From NCBI GenBank assembly GCA_025603075.1, contig MU626365.1:1-64000 (forward strand): DNA of 64,000 bases, given 5' to 3'. The position numbers were made by a program, and so were the translations under genes. Each line of letters begins with the position of its first letter. Within the stretch, counting starts at the first letter, position 1. The stretch comes from Neoconidiobolus thromboides FSU 785 (Eukaryota; Fungi; Entomophthoromycota). The notes beneath the pieces are model-generated. The model ran no database searches, was not told where the DNA came from, and saw only the letters and a list, made by a program, of their open reading frames with translations. Of this stretch, positions 1 through 11,924 are shown one piece after another.

Positions 1-405
1 TACAACCAAGTTGACAATGTTGTTTGAAACGAAAGGAGAGAAGATAGTCCATAAACTCCAACCTGAAGCTGCTCCTAAAATGATGTCGCCTAAAATACCA
101 ATTGCACCACATAAGATAGCACCAAGAATACTAAATCCTATAGTACAGCCAAACACAATCCATAGAGCAGTAGTAGGATCACTTGGTGACACATTTACAA
201 TGATAACAATACCAAGAAGATATGTCAAGTAACCAAAGAACCAAAGACCAGAGATTCCACGAGTAAACTTGATACATTTCAACCCTTTAGCTAAAATTAT
301 ACCACCGAATAAAAATAAGATGATTCCTAATACTAAGGTGACGATCGACCATATCATTAGATTATTACTTAAGTAAGCAGAAGCACTAGAGCTATTAGGG
401 TCCAT
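1..405 (-). CDS. Multi-pass membrane protein, DUF4203/TMEM198-like; 5' part, runs off the left edge
   Basis: Stop-free minus frame from ATG 405: MDPNSSSASAYLSNNLIIWSIVTLVLGIILFLFGGIILAKGLKCIKFTRGISGLWFFGYLTY...GAASGWSLW. Gly-rich hydrophobic helices. Missed by the ORF track because no stop lies in the window. Confidence 0.6.
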   Translation of the reverse strand, partial: MDPNSSSASAYLSNNLMIWSIVTLVLGIILFLFGGIILAKGLKCIKFTRGISGLWFFGYLTYLLGIVIIVNVSPSDPTTALWIVFGCTIGFSILGAILCGAIGILGDIILGAASGWSLWTIFSPFVSNNIVNLVV

Positions 406-1855
406 TATGTTATGTATATAAATTAAAAATGTAAATTAATAAATATTGCCGTACTTTGTAAACTATTTATATGTCTATTTTTAATTTATTATTGTTACTG
501 TGGGGATGTTTTCATTTTTAGTTAACCTTAAACTCTGCATTGCCTATGTTTTTACCAAAAAATTATTTTATGCTAAAGTAGTTCCACACAAAATTCCCCT
601 TCGAATTCATGGGTCAATCTTATTCAAGTGGTCCAAAACTTAATTTTAGTCTTTTTCTCACCCTATCAATACCTATCAAATTTTTTGTTGAATTAAGATA
701 TTTTATGCTTAGCTAAGCTTCCTCCCCCCTCCATCAAACTTTTAACTGGAGGTCTTGGTTCAATTTCGTTTTGTGGGTGTTTTCAAGTTATAAAAATTTA
801 TAACAGGGATTTGTTTTTATATTTTTAAATTTGAATCTTTATTTGAAATTCAGTTACAAAATTTCAAATAGTCCAATATTAATAAAACAACTATATTATA
901 AGTATTAAACTATACAAAGCTAATATACTCAAATTTAAAAGAATTCCTACTTATTTTTTCCTTTGGTAACTTAGCGAAATAGCTAGATATTAACATACAA
1001 CCAAGAAATTTCTGTCATATAAAGATATCATGAATATTGAAATATTGTATAATAACTAATTTAATAAAAGCTCAAAATGGGCATTTTAAACTGAGTATAG
1101 CTTTAAAAGCAAAAAGTCATATATAGACAACTGATTTTTGCAGTATTTTTAGTATTTTAACTATTTGTAGAACTTATAAAAGTTGATAGTTTGTGCAATA
1201 AATGTTTTTAAATTATTCCTTCTTTTGTTTATAATACATAAAGTACTTAAACTTTGATTTTTTTTATAAAAACTATAAAATTAATTTAATATAATTTTGT
1301 ATTCTGCCAAGTTTTGATTCATATTTTAATAAATCATTTTGATTGCTTGATTATTTAGTATCTATAAATGCTTCTAAATTGCTTGAAAAGCATAAAGTTC
1401 ATCAACGAACAATGGATTAGAAAAATATTTGAATATGAATTTAAGAAAACATTTCATCAAAGATAAAAATAAAATGAATGAAGGGAATATAGATTCAGCT
1501 CTTTAAGCTTTTCAAAATGACCCTCTATTAAGTATCATTAGTGTACAAACTCATCTCAGTTTATTTCTGTTAAATTACGCTATATAAAACTCAATATGCC
1601 CGTAAAATGAGACAATGGCTTTAGCACTCTAAGCTTAATAAAACAGGGATGAAATGTAATTTGAGACCGTGCGATTGCTTTGAGTGCCTTAAAGCTTTTC
1701 AGTATGTTTAAAAAAATAAAAGGAATACCTAGTTAGTCTTTTCCCAAGTGCACTTTATTGCCAATTAGTAAAGAGTAGGTTTGCAAATCTACGAATTGCC
1801 ATTATAAATTATGATTTTAAAAGGAGCTGGCGAAAATGTCAATCAGATTGATAAT

Positions 1856-1959
1856 GTATGGGAGTGTTTTTTTGGTTTCATTATTTTTTCCATTTTTTAA
1901 GCGCTATTTAAGCGGAGAATTTGTTAGTGAAATTCTTACACAAAAATACACCCCCATAT
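1856..1959 (+). mobile_element. ~97-bp MITE family copy
   Basis: GTAT|GGGAGTGTTTTTTT...AAGCGCTATTTAAGCGGAG...AAAATACACCCCC|ATAT. Confidence 0.85.
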
Positions 1960-2069
1960 CTTTTTCAAATCTGAAAGATAAAGCCTAACTGAAATATCAA
2001 ATCAACTAAAAGAAAAAAACAAATAATTCAATCTTACATTGACTCATCAACTTTGATAAAAGAAGTAAC

Positions 2070-2175
2070 ATATGGGAGTGTTTTTTTAACTTCATTACTT
2101 TTTCCATTTTTCAAGCACTATTTAAGCGGAAAAATTGTTAGTAAAATTCTTAAATACAAAAATACATCCCTATAT
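2070..2175 (+). mobile_element. ~97-bp MITE family copy
   Basis: ATAT|GGGAGTG...AATACATCCCT|ATAT; same internal core. Confidence 0.85.
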
Positions 2176-2427
2176 CAATTTAAAAGCAGGACTAGAGAAG
2201 TATCATATAAAATCGATTTAAGATATTTAATTGTGGATAGTGATTTATAAAATATAATAAGCTCAATAAGAAAGCGAAAATATATTTGATCAAGTATTAG
2301 TCCACCAAAAGGAATTAAAACCTTTTTATAAGGTTTTAATGTAACTGAGAAGCAGTGAGAGATTCATGGAACTAATCAAAACAGTAATCGAATTTAATGT
2401 AAAAAATTTATTATATGTAAATCCATC

Positions 2428-2500
2428 TATATTTAAGAACTTTACTCAGTTTTTCCACTTAAATAGTGTTTAAAAGATAGAAAAAGTGATAAAGCCACCA
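2428..2500 (-). mobile_element. Degenerate, terminus-less MITE copy
   Basis: TTTAAGAACTTTACT...CCACTTAAATAGTGTTTAAAAGATAGAAAAAGTGATAAAG matches the reverse core. Confidence 0.55.
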
Positions 2501-2915
2501 GAGAAAATAACCCTCATACAAATTTCAGAGCATTAAACAGAAAATTATACAACAAATAACGCCACATTTCGTTTTCTTTAAAAAGGTTATAGATAGAACC
2601 TCAGATTAGCCTTAGCCTTTCCATAGCAGATTAAAATTTAAAACAGATTTGAACCTTCTAGCTAAATTCTTACAACTTGTTGTTATTAATATACTCCTTT
2701 CTATTACTAGTATATTTAGTTTTAATTTTTGTATGCACCAATAGCTTAAATTTTATAAATAAGCAACCTTACTCGCTATAATCTTTGTACTATAAATAAA
2801 AATCTACTTGATTTAGGAAAAGAAGTTTTTTTGTGTGAAGGATTCTTAAAGTTAACCTATAAAAACAAAATTAAAATTTAAAATTTAAATCAAAAAATAA
2901 CTAAAAGATAAATAT

Positions 2916-3657
2916 TTGAAGGCTGGTACAAAGCTTATAGAAATTGACTATAACCCCAAAAAAAGCCTTGTAAAGGCATTAGAGAAAATTAGTATATTAA
3001 TACCAGTACCATCCGCTCCAAATATTGCAGAAGTTCATATAGATTTGATTGATATTTCTATTAAAGTTAAGGTAAAATTGTTTATCCCATCCGAGTTTGC
3101 AGCGGAAGTAGAAGGATAAGTTTTAATTATTTTTAAGAAGCAAAGCAATTAATCAATGATATTTCAGAATTGACAACTCATTCAATTCGCCAAAATCAGC
3201 TGTTAGGAAACATCTTGAAAGCTCAAGTCTAGATTATATCCATTATAATAATGGCTTTTTTATGTAGCATTTATTATCGGATTATATTCAATAAATGTGC
3301 TCAACTATGAAGCCAGAATTGCCGGCAGTGGGGATATAAAGCTCACAACTACCAGTATAAGTAATGCTAGTAAATCTGCTCCCTAGACATTATTTACCTG
3401 AAGTTAGGAACCAGTTTGCTGATATAGTTGAAAAAAATACTACCATGAATAAAATATTCAGAGATATTTCTGAGGTTAGTGATGAGTCATTCGAAGTTAG
3501 AAAAATCTCAATAGAAGCTAATAAAGTGATTGATGACAAAAAGACTGAATTCTTTGCGTTGATCTCTTATTTGTTTAGAAGAGATATCGAAAATGGACAT
3601 ATATACCTCAAGGGGATTCGAACAATCTTTTTCCAGATTTCAAGTTTTCCTCAATAA
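2916..3657 (+). pseudogene. Decayed coding-like segment (fragments in different frames; unknown product)
   Basis: Higher GC than its flanks; ORF fragments 2916-3119 and 3364-3657; intervening reads QLINDISELTTHSIRQNQLLGNILKAQV* and WLFYVAFIIGLYSINVLNYEARIAG, broken by stops and frameshifts. Confidence 0.3.
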
Positions 3658-3819
3658 AAAAGTATGTCAAACAAGCTTTCTTTAATTGAAATATTAACCT
3701 TCGAAGGTTAAATATTATTTTAGTCAATAACAAACTGAGCTAAATGTTGTTTAACAAAAGAATAAGTTTATAAATAACTAGAAAGCATTTTCAATCCTTT
3801 TTCTTTTATTTAGTTTGTA

Positions 3820-4275
3820 GTGTTATTAAGTTTTAACAAATTACCAGATATCATACTGAGAAAGGTGTTCAAATTGTTAAATCCAGCTGAGTTATTTGAA
3901 TTAAAGCTCTTAAGTATTTGTTCAAAGTTATAGACTACATCATTAGATACAATTTAGTATGTCCTTGGATACAATAAGAACGAACTTAAACAATATCGAA
4001 ATTTCCAAGGAGAATTTATCAAAGAAAATGGGTTATTGATGAAACATTTAAATACTAATAATGATGATATTGAGTTTTTAACTGAATGTTCAAGTGTGGT
4101 GTTTATAAGTTACAATTGTACATATACTATTAACAAAAGTGATAAAGTCATTAAATTAGAAAATAAAGTACCAAAATTAAGAAAAGTGAAAAGTTATTAT
4201 AGCTATAAACATCTGTCAAATTTATTGAGCGTTTATTTGAAACAAACGAAGTATTTGAATTTATGGAATATTTGA
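3820..4275 (+). pseudogene. F-box protein pseudogene
   Basis: One frame reads (V)LLSFNKLPDIILRKVFKLLNPAELFELKLLSICSKL*TTSLDTI*YVLGYNK... F-box consensus LP.I..KVF.LL...EL..L...C, GTG in place of ATG, TAG at 3931 and 3955; the frame continues into ORF 4036-4275. Confidence 0.6.
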
Positions 4276-4312
4276 AATTTGCAAGGAATTGTTATTAAAA
4301 ATGTAATTTAAA

Positions 4313-4418
4313 TATTGGGGATGTTTTTTTTGATTTCATTACTTTTCCGTTTTTTAAGCGCTACTTGAGTGGAAAGATTGTTAGTAAAATTGTTAAACAA
4401 AAAAATACATCCCCATTT
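4313..4418 (+). mobile_element. ~97-bp MITE family copy
   Basis: GGGGATGTTTTTTT...AAGCGCTACTTGAGTGGAAAG...AAAAATACATCCCC. Confidence 0.85.
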
Positions 4419-5018
4419 CAAACCTACTTTTGAAGTATTTTTTTAATCCTTATTTCCAAACGTTGAGATAATTAGGGTTAAAGTTTTTAATCTTATAGAT
4501 ACTGGTAGACAGATTAGTTACAAGCTAAGTATTTCTCTATTAATTATTGTACCTGTTAAAGATAAAAAGCTTTCTAATGTGATCGAAAATAATATTACGT
4601 TAGACTGGTATAAGTGTTAGTGTAAGTTCATATTTTTATTATAATAATAAATATTAATAGCTTAACTATTATTGTTTAAATTTCAAATATGAATCTATAT
4701 ATTGTATAAATGTTAAATCTAAGGTGATGCTTAAAAAAACTTTAACATTTAAAGCGTTGAAAGCAGCCATTAAAACGCTATAGTAATGATAAAATGATAT
4801 TTGAATGCTTGTTATTTTTCTATTTTCAAGCTTAAAATTTGAATAGATTAACTCCAAATTAATAAAAGATGTGCTTACATTAATAGTTTAAGTCATTTTT
4901 TTATTTTAATTGGCTTACTTATTTTAAGAGCAAAAGAATAATTTAAAAAACTGATCAATTTATAGTTTATCTTTTTATAAAACTTCTATTTCATTATAAT
5001 TAATTTCAACTTATTAAA

Positions 5019-6532
5019 ATGAGTTTTAACAAAACGATTGATGAGCCAATTCTTGAACCACAGCAGATAGTAGAAGTATTAAGGAAGTTAGAAATATACA
5101 TCCATGAAACACAAATTTTGAAACCTTCTGAAATGGACTGCCTTACAATCTTCAATTCAATAAGCGAATTGTTTCTAGGTATCGGTCTTGTGCCTGATAT
5201 TGAGTACGTTAGAAATCATTTTAAAGAGTATGATCATATATTACAAGATCTTGCTGGATTACTTGCTTATCTTAAAAGATTGTAATTTTTCTTTGTTTAG
5301 TTTTGATTGTATGACTAATTATAAGTTTAGAAATGAATTTTTTAAATCGTTGAATATTGAGCCTGTTAGCTATATTGATTTAGTTGAGCCTAAACCTAAG
5401 AAAATAATAAGGATCTTGTCTCAACTAATTAACTTTTTAAGGTATAGGGAATTTTATTCTAAACTTATAGATGATAGGATTAGAGCGCTGGTAACTATTA
5501 AAATGACCATTTCTAATATATTATTTACAATTAATCCTAGAATGAAGTATCTGATAAGCTGGATGAAAAACTGGAAGAAAATAGGCAAATGAAACAATAC
5601 AATATTGATAATGAGTAAGCATAAAATTATTATCTTATTATAGTTGTCTAAATTCGTTAGAATAACCGAAGATGAAGTTTACCAAGAAAGCAAAATCAAT
5701 TCAATAATTAAAATAGATAAAGAAGAGATGATAATGATGGCTAAAGAGCAAGAGAAAACGTCAGCGGTACATGATGAGTTAAGAGAAATTCATACAAAAA
5801 ATCGAATAAAGATTGATGCATTGGAAGAAGTAATTAAAAAAGGTAAATATATTATTACCGAATTAAGTTCCATGATTATCGAAGATCCAGCCAAATTGAT
5901 GGAGTCCATTAAAAAGAATCGAGAAGATAATACAAAAATGGAACAAATTATAGCAATTGGCATGGAAGAAATAAATAAAATTAAAGACCAGATTAATATA
6001 TTAAAAGATAACAGAGAAGAGTTGGAAATAAGAAAAAAACTGATAAAAGAGCTAATGATACAAATTAAGAGATTTGCAAGTTTAGATAAAAAACAAAAGG
6101 AATTCAAAGATAAAAACGAAACATTAGAGAAAGCTATAGGAGACTTTAAAGCGGAAGAAAAAGTAATATAATGTAGTTTATATTTGAACGTAAATATTAA
6201 TTCTGCTTTAGGTTCTACTAATGGAAGATGAAAGGATAACTAATGAAGTAAAAGAACGGAATGAAAATTATAAAAAGAAAAGAGAAATGTTATCAATCGA
6301 AAAATATAAAAGTGAGTTAGTTAAAAGGAAGAGAGAAGAAGCAATGAAAGTTGCAGATAATGAAAAGAGAGAGCTACATAAGCGATTAAAAGCATTGGAA
6401 GAAGAAAAAAGAGAAATAGTAGAGAGTAATGACCATAAAGTAAAAAAAATAATTTTAACAAACAACAATCTTGTTAAAAAAGCAAATAAATTTTGTAAAC
6501 TTGTTCAAGAAATGGTTAAAATTATAAAATAG
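5019..6532 (+). CDS. NUF2: Kinetochore Ndc80-complex subunit Nuf2 (multi-exon)
   Basis: N-terminal PILEPQQIVEVL, then SYIDLVEPKPKKIIRILSQLINFLRYRE (Nuf2 CH-domain motif) and a long coiled coil. First intron 5282-5330 restores the frame. Confidence 0.85.
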
Positions 6533-6891
6533 AAGTGAAAGTAGTTGCTTTAATTTTAATAAACTTATTTATGATTTATGATTTGTTTTATTTTGTTTAA
6601 AAGCTTATTATTTATATCGATTTTATAGTAAATATATTTTTGGTCATTATCAAACTTAGTCTAACAGAGTGACAATAATTAAATTCATTATATCAAAAAG
6701 TTATTGGCTGTTTTAGTATTAATCTAAGTAAACCCAACTTATATTTAAACAATTACTAATAGAAATAGCAAATTTTTGGATGCCCAAAGCATTTTACAAT
6801 AAAACAATAATATTTAGAGCTATTATGAACTACAAATAAATAAAACTAATTCAGATTTAAAAAAATAGTCAATATTTTGATTGCAAAACTA

Positions 6892-6964
6892 TGCTCCGTA
6901 TAGGGCTTGAACCTATGACCTTAGCGTTATTAGCACCACGCTCTGCCAACTGAGCTAACGGAGC
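6892..6964 (-). tRNA. tRNA-Ile(AAT)
   Basis: GCTCCGTTAGCTCAGTTGGCAGAGCGTGGTGCTAATAACGCTAAGGTCATAGGTTCAAGCCCTATACGGAGCA; cloverleaf, anticodon AAT. Confidence 0.97.
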
Positions 6965-8048
6965 TTATCTATTAGACTTATTTTTTTGAATAATATTTTA
7001 TAATTATATTTCAAATTATTATACAGTGGTTGACGTTGCAAATTAAAATACTTACGTTTATAATTCATGTACTACTTTAACATGACTGTAATAAGTTTAT
7101 TTATTAATTAGCTTACTTTAGGATTTTTGTGTTAAAAAATTGTTTTTAATTGATATATGATAATACGAGTAAAAGTTTTATGTACTCTTGACCAATTATT
7201 ATACAGCAAGAAGCTTTACCTTGTCATTTTTTTTACCACTTCACTATCAGCTGTTATCATTTGTATACTAAAATTCCGAATGAGTGATTTTTTATTTTTA
7301 TAAGTAATTTCATTTAACAATCATATAATTCAATATCTAAATAGATTGGTGATATAAGGTTTTTAGATAAATAAAAATAGTTTAATTATTCAATGTAGAT
7401 TACTTTCAGTCAATTTAAAAATATATTTAAAAATCATATTATATCTAGTTAATTATTTTTACACCTTAATTATAGTTCTAAAAACAATATCTAAATCAGA
7501 GATAGGCCAAATAATATGGAAATATTAAAAATTCCTAGACATCAGATGTCCGAATAGAAAAGACAGAATTATTTTGTCTAAAACCATTAATTTCATGTAT
7601 TGAAAACTAGAAGTAATTTACACAATAAAATGGAAGAACAAGGGATGTGTACTAGCATCCTAAAAAAGTAAGGTATTAACAAATAAGTATCCAACTACAA
7701 TTACAAATTCAAATAGTACACAGTTTAGTTGCAAAATTATTAGCAAAGTTGATCATTAACCAAAATAAAATTACAAAACCGTAATCAAAATACTTATTTA
7801 GTTATAATGTTTTAATATAACTTAAATTAAGTCTAAAATCCTAGAATTAGCACATATTTAGAAATATACTAAAAATATTTAACAATGCACTATAAAACAG
7901 TCAATTGACCTGATGAACTATCCATAATCAGATGATAGTATCACACAGTTTAGTAGATAGTTCTATCATTTACTAATTGAAAGTATAAATACCAATAAAC
8001 TTACATTTCTGGAAAACAATAACTCTAGTACAGCTACTAAATATTCAA

Positions 8049-8874
8049 ATGCAATTCTTCAGTTTAACTTTTTTACTCACTTTACTCACCAGCACTGCCC
8101 ACTGTGGTATCAATGGTGATGGTCGAATCATAGGTGGCTACGAAGTAACCCCAGCTTTTAAATATCCTTTTGCAGCTGTTATTTATCGCAATGGAGGATT
8201 AAGTTGTCAAGGTACTTTATATCGTAAAAACCGTTTAATAACTGCAGGTCACTGTGGTGGTGGAGTTAATGAATTTAAAGTGCTAATTCATCGTCATAAC
8301 TTAACTTTAACTGATGCTCAAGAGCAAGGTTATCGTGTGGGGGTAAAACAAATTGTTACTCATCCATTACATGATGGTCAACAAAGATATGATATTGCTA
8401 TTTGGAAGTTAGATTCCAATGATAACTCAGAGAATGGTATCTATCTTGATGAAAGTGGTTTATATGCAAAAGATAAGATGCTAGTTAATGTTATTGGATG
8501 GGGCACTACTGCTGAAGGTGGTTCTATTCCTAAAAAATTATTACAAACTGATGTACCCATTGTTAATGTGGATGAATGTGTTAAAGCCTATGCTGATAAT
8601 ACCAGAAAAGTGGATAAAAGCGTACAATTATGTGCTGGATTTCAAGAAGGAGGTAAAGACACCTGTCAAGGGGATTCGGGTGGTCCTTTATTTACTAATG
8701 TCAATGGTAAATACCATATCATTGGTATCACCTCTTGGGGTAAGGGATGTGGTAGGCCTAATTTTCCAGGGGTAAGCTTAATAATATTTTAGTTTTGTTC
8801 TTTACTAATGATTTTATTAGGTATATACTAAAATTAATGCAGTACTTGACTTCATTAAAAAAGAAACTGTTTAA
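8049..8874 (+). CDS. Secreted trypsin-like serine protease (S1A), 2 exons
   Basis: Signal peptide, IIGG mature start, TAGHC, DIAIW, DTCQGDSGGP (Asp in S1 pocket). Intron 8772-8820, then VYTKINAVLDFIKKETV*. Confidence 0.95.
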
Positions 8875-9204
8875 TTAAATAAAGTTTATCAACTAAATTC
8901 TAGTTCGAGTATTTTTTTATCTATAAAATAATTTGTTAAAAAATAAAATCTTAATAATAAATAGAAAATCAACAATAACAAATAAATAAAAACCTATTGA
9001 ATATTGAAAATAGATGGCATTTATTAAGATCATAGAATAATGAATGACTATAATTATATATTTATAGCTATCTATAAAACGCTGTATGGAGAAAGGTGTA
9101 ATATAGGAAACCAGAATAATGAAATACAAGTTTCATTTATTGAACTTATGATATATAATAAGAATATATATTTTTTACAGTTAAAAGCATCAGTAACTAA
9201 AGAG

Positions 9205-9278
9205 GCTCGTATGGCGCAATTGGCTAGCGCGTCCGACTGTTAATCGGGAGGTTACTGGTTCGATCCCAGTTATGAGCG
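9205..9278 (+). tRNA. tRNA-Asn(GTT)
   Basis: GCTCGTATGGCGCAATTGGCTAGCGCGTCCGACTGTTAATCGGGAGGTTACTGGTTCGATCCCAGTTATGAGCG. Confidence 0.97.
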
Positions 9279-9300
9279 TATTCAATTTTTCCAATAGAAT

Positions 9301-9404
9301 ATTTGGGGATGTTTTTTTAGCTTCAGCATTTTTCCATCTTTTAAGCGCTATTTGAGTGGAAAAATTGTTAGTAAAATTCTTAAATACAAAACTACATCCC
9401 CATT
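9301..9404 (+). mobile_element. ~97-bp MITE family copy, 22 bp downstream of tRNA-Asn
   Basis: ATTT|GGGGATG...TACATCCCC|ATTC. Confidence 0.85.
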
Positions 9405-9436
9405 CATTAAATTTTATTAATAACTATAAAATAAAA

Positions 9437-9678
9437 ATGTATTTTTTTGTTTAGGAATTTTACTAACAATCTTTCTACTCAGATAGCAGTTAAAAAATGA
9501 AAAAGTGATAACAAAAGGAACATTTCTAATTTAGCGTTTAATAAAAGGGTATAAAAGTCTTTTAATCAGCTGTTTATGATAAGCTAAAATTCTTAGTTCT
9601 AATGATTAAGATCAACTTATAAAAAAACAATATATAGGGATGTATTTTTGTGTTTAAGAATTTCTAGCCCCATCCCAA
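9437..9678 (-). mobile_element. Two degenerate or internally deleted MITE derivatives (about 9437-9527 and 9633-9678)
   Basis: Reverse core AATTTTACTAACAATCTTTCTACTCAGATAGC, and a ~45-bp piece ATAT|AGGGATGTATTTTTGTGTTTAAGAATTT...CATCCC. Confidence 0.6.
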
Positions 9679-10064
9679 AGAATATTATCATCTCATTTTG
9701 ATATTTATACTTTTCAGAGTATAAAAGAGTTTTCAGAGTATAGTAGCTTAAGGCTTTTTAACTGAATTATTCCCTGATATCTCGAACATTTAATAAAGTC
9801 AATAAGTTTTCACAATAGTATTTTACATAGGTTTTACATTAGTATTGTCTATTCTATTTGTTTTACATAGTCTGTAGCCTATTACATATTATTCTTCATA
9901 ACTCAAGTCTATCTTAGTCACATAAACTAAGACCTTTCGACTTGTAGTGTAGTCAACCAAGTAATAGCTGTTTTTGACTCCAAACACTGAGTACCAAATT
10001 TCACAATATAAAAACATATTATTGATTATGATTTTTTGTTACAACTACAAGTATAAATATCAAG

Positions 10065-10171
10065 ATATGGTGATGTTTTTTTTGGCTTCATTACTTTTTC
10101 CATCTTTTAAGCGTTATTTAAATCGAAAAATTGCTAGCAAAATTCTTAAATACAAAAATACATCCCCATAT
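10065..10171 (+). mobile_element. ~97-bp MITE family copy
   Basis: ATAT|GGTGATG...AATACATCCCC|ATAT. Confidence 0.85.
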
Positions 10172-10246
10172 ATCAAATTTTAGTAATAAAAGTATTAAAG
10201 TTTAACTAAATTTAATAATAAGTTGATAAAATATTATTTTATAAGT

Positions 10247-10348
10247 ATATGGGAGTGTTTTTTTGTGTTTAAGAATTTTACCAACAATCTTTTCACTCAA
10301 ATAGCGCTTAAAAATGGAAAAAGTAATGAAGTCAAAAAAACGCCTTGA
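10247..10348 (-). mobile_element. MITE copy, reverse orientation, eroded right end
   Basis: ATAT|GGGAGTG...CACTCAAATAGCGCTTAAAAATGGAAAAAGTAATGAAG. Confidence 0.8.
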
Positions 10349-11166
10349 TGTAGTAATTTTGCAATTTAAGTTATCATTATCATAAAAATTAGTAAACTTT
10401 TTTAAATTTGTAGGGAGTATTTTTTTATTTCTCCTGTTTAAAAGTTTTTTAGTTTATCATCAGAGTTGTAAATTTTTTAGTATTATTTATATTAATATTA
10501 TTATGTTTAGAATACTTAATTTGGTTATTAATAAAGCGCTTATTCTAAACATTTCCTTTATCTTAATTTTACTTTTTAAACTTTGCTTTTATAGTTTTAA
10601 AATTAAAATAACTAATTGTGAGATATCGCTCTGTCAGTTCTGATTGATTATAACATATGAATCATAAAAATTAAGTAAATATGTTAAATTTTAAAAAATA
10701 TGATATAAAAACTGTTTACAAGTATTAAAAAAATTTAAAATCAGTATCAATAAACGAATACAGAGCAAAATGGCTATCAAATAAGCTATCAAACTTAATT
10801 TTAAAATAAATAAATAAACAAATAAACAAATAAACAAATAAATATAGTTTAATGAATTTTATATTAATATTAACAACTGGATTTTTATAATAATTTTATC
10901 ATTAAAAGTGAAAATTATCCTACAAATAAATGAATTAAACATGAATCAATTTGATGCAGGATCTTTTTAGTTTTAAAAACAGAATCTGATTAAATATAGT
11001 AGGTATTTTTGTTAGATCTAAGTTTTATAATAAATTTAATAACAATAATATTAAAATTAGATATAACATATTTAAGCAGCTTATAATAATTAAATATGCT
11101 AAAATAAAAAACAGAAAGAGTAATTTTTTTATAAATATAAGGTCAAAAACTTAACTAATTAAAAAT

Positions 11167-11374
11167 GTATGGGGGTGTTTTTTTAGTTTCATTACTTTTC
11201 TCTCTTTTTAAGCGCTATTTGAGTAGAAAAGCTATTAGTAAAATTCTTAAACAAAAAAAATACATCTACATATGGGGCTGTTTTTTTTAGTTTCATTATT
11301 TTTCCATTTTTTAAGCGCTATTTGAGTGGAAAGATTGTAGTAAAACTCTTAAATAAAAAAACACATCCCCATAT
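11167..11374 (+). mobile_element. Head-to-tail MITE dimer sharing one ATAT
   Basis: Two consecutive ~100-bp units joined as ...TACATCTAC|ATAT|GGGGCTG...; ends CATCCCC|ATAT. Confidence 0.85.
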
Positions 11375-11592
11375 GTAAAAATGATACTAAGAAAATATAT
11401 ACTAAGAAAATATATACTTTTTATAATAATTTTCAAAATATTAGCTTGGTTTAAAGCTTTGATATCTAGTTAAATTATAATAACAATTTAATCTTTATTA
11501 TTATTATTATTTATATTATATTTAAAAATAATTAGTCATTAATAATATTTAAATAAAGCTATTGTTATAGTTATAAAAGCTTTTTTAATAAC

Positions 11593-11698
11593 AAATGGAG
11601 ATGTTTTTTTAACTTCATTACTTTTTCTATCTCTTGAGCGCTATTTAAGTGGAGAAATTGCTAGTAAAACTCTTAAATATAAAAATACATCTCCAAAT
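11593..11698 (+). mobile_element. MITE copy with AAAT target-site duplication
   Basis: AAAT|GGAGATG...CATCTCC|AAAT (element 11597-11694). Confidence 0.85.
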
Positions 11699-11850
11699 GC
11701 TAAATATAAAATTCGATATTTAGTATTAAAAAAAATCTATAAAATTTTTTAGTTAGCTATTTATGATAAATTAAAAGTTTTGATTTTATTTACTTAATTT
11801 ATAAAATCAACATATATATATATTTTGCTAGCACTGAACACAGGAAAAAA

Positions 11851-11924
11851 GCTCGTATGGCGCAATTGGCTAGCGCGTCCGACTGTTAATCGGGAGGTTA
11901 CTGGTTCGATCCCAGTTATGAGCG
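11851..11924 (+). tRNA. tRNA-Asn(GTT)
   Basis: Identical to the copy at 9205-9278. Confidence 0.97.

Noticed and set aside
11-232. 73-aa plus-strand ORF
   Set aside because: Antisense shadow of the minus-strand membrane protein.
2053-2250. ORFs 2053-2250 and 9974-10183 share a similar peptide (FL.SLLFP.FK.YL..KI.SKILKYKNTS)
   Set aside because: Both read through MITE copies; the similarity comes from the repeat, not a gene family.
3300-3420. Resemblance to the CACTA transposase K.H.Y...LLP motif
   Set aside because: Needs frame changes and is too short to support.
5282-5300. Possible 19-nt micro-intron in NUF2
   Set aside because: The 49-nt intron 5282-5330 has a CTAAT branch site, keeps the frame and fits Nuf2 spacing better.
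5790-6468. Hydrophobic minus-strand ORFs (also 8488, 17988, 20662, 24918, 29600, 30181, 34907, 39881, 54410, 54689)
   Set aside because: Antisense or alternate-frame shadows of real genes.
10805-10845. Microsatellites and short tandem duplications (also 14765, 22475-22520, 22610-22645, 39465)
   Set aside because: Ordinary slippage products in AT-rich DNA.
1856-11698. CRISPR-like or SINE interpretation of the recurring repeat
   Set aside because: Irregular spacing, both orientations, TIRs, no cas genes and no Pol III A/B boxes.
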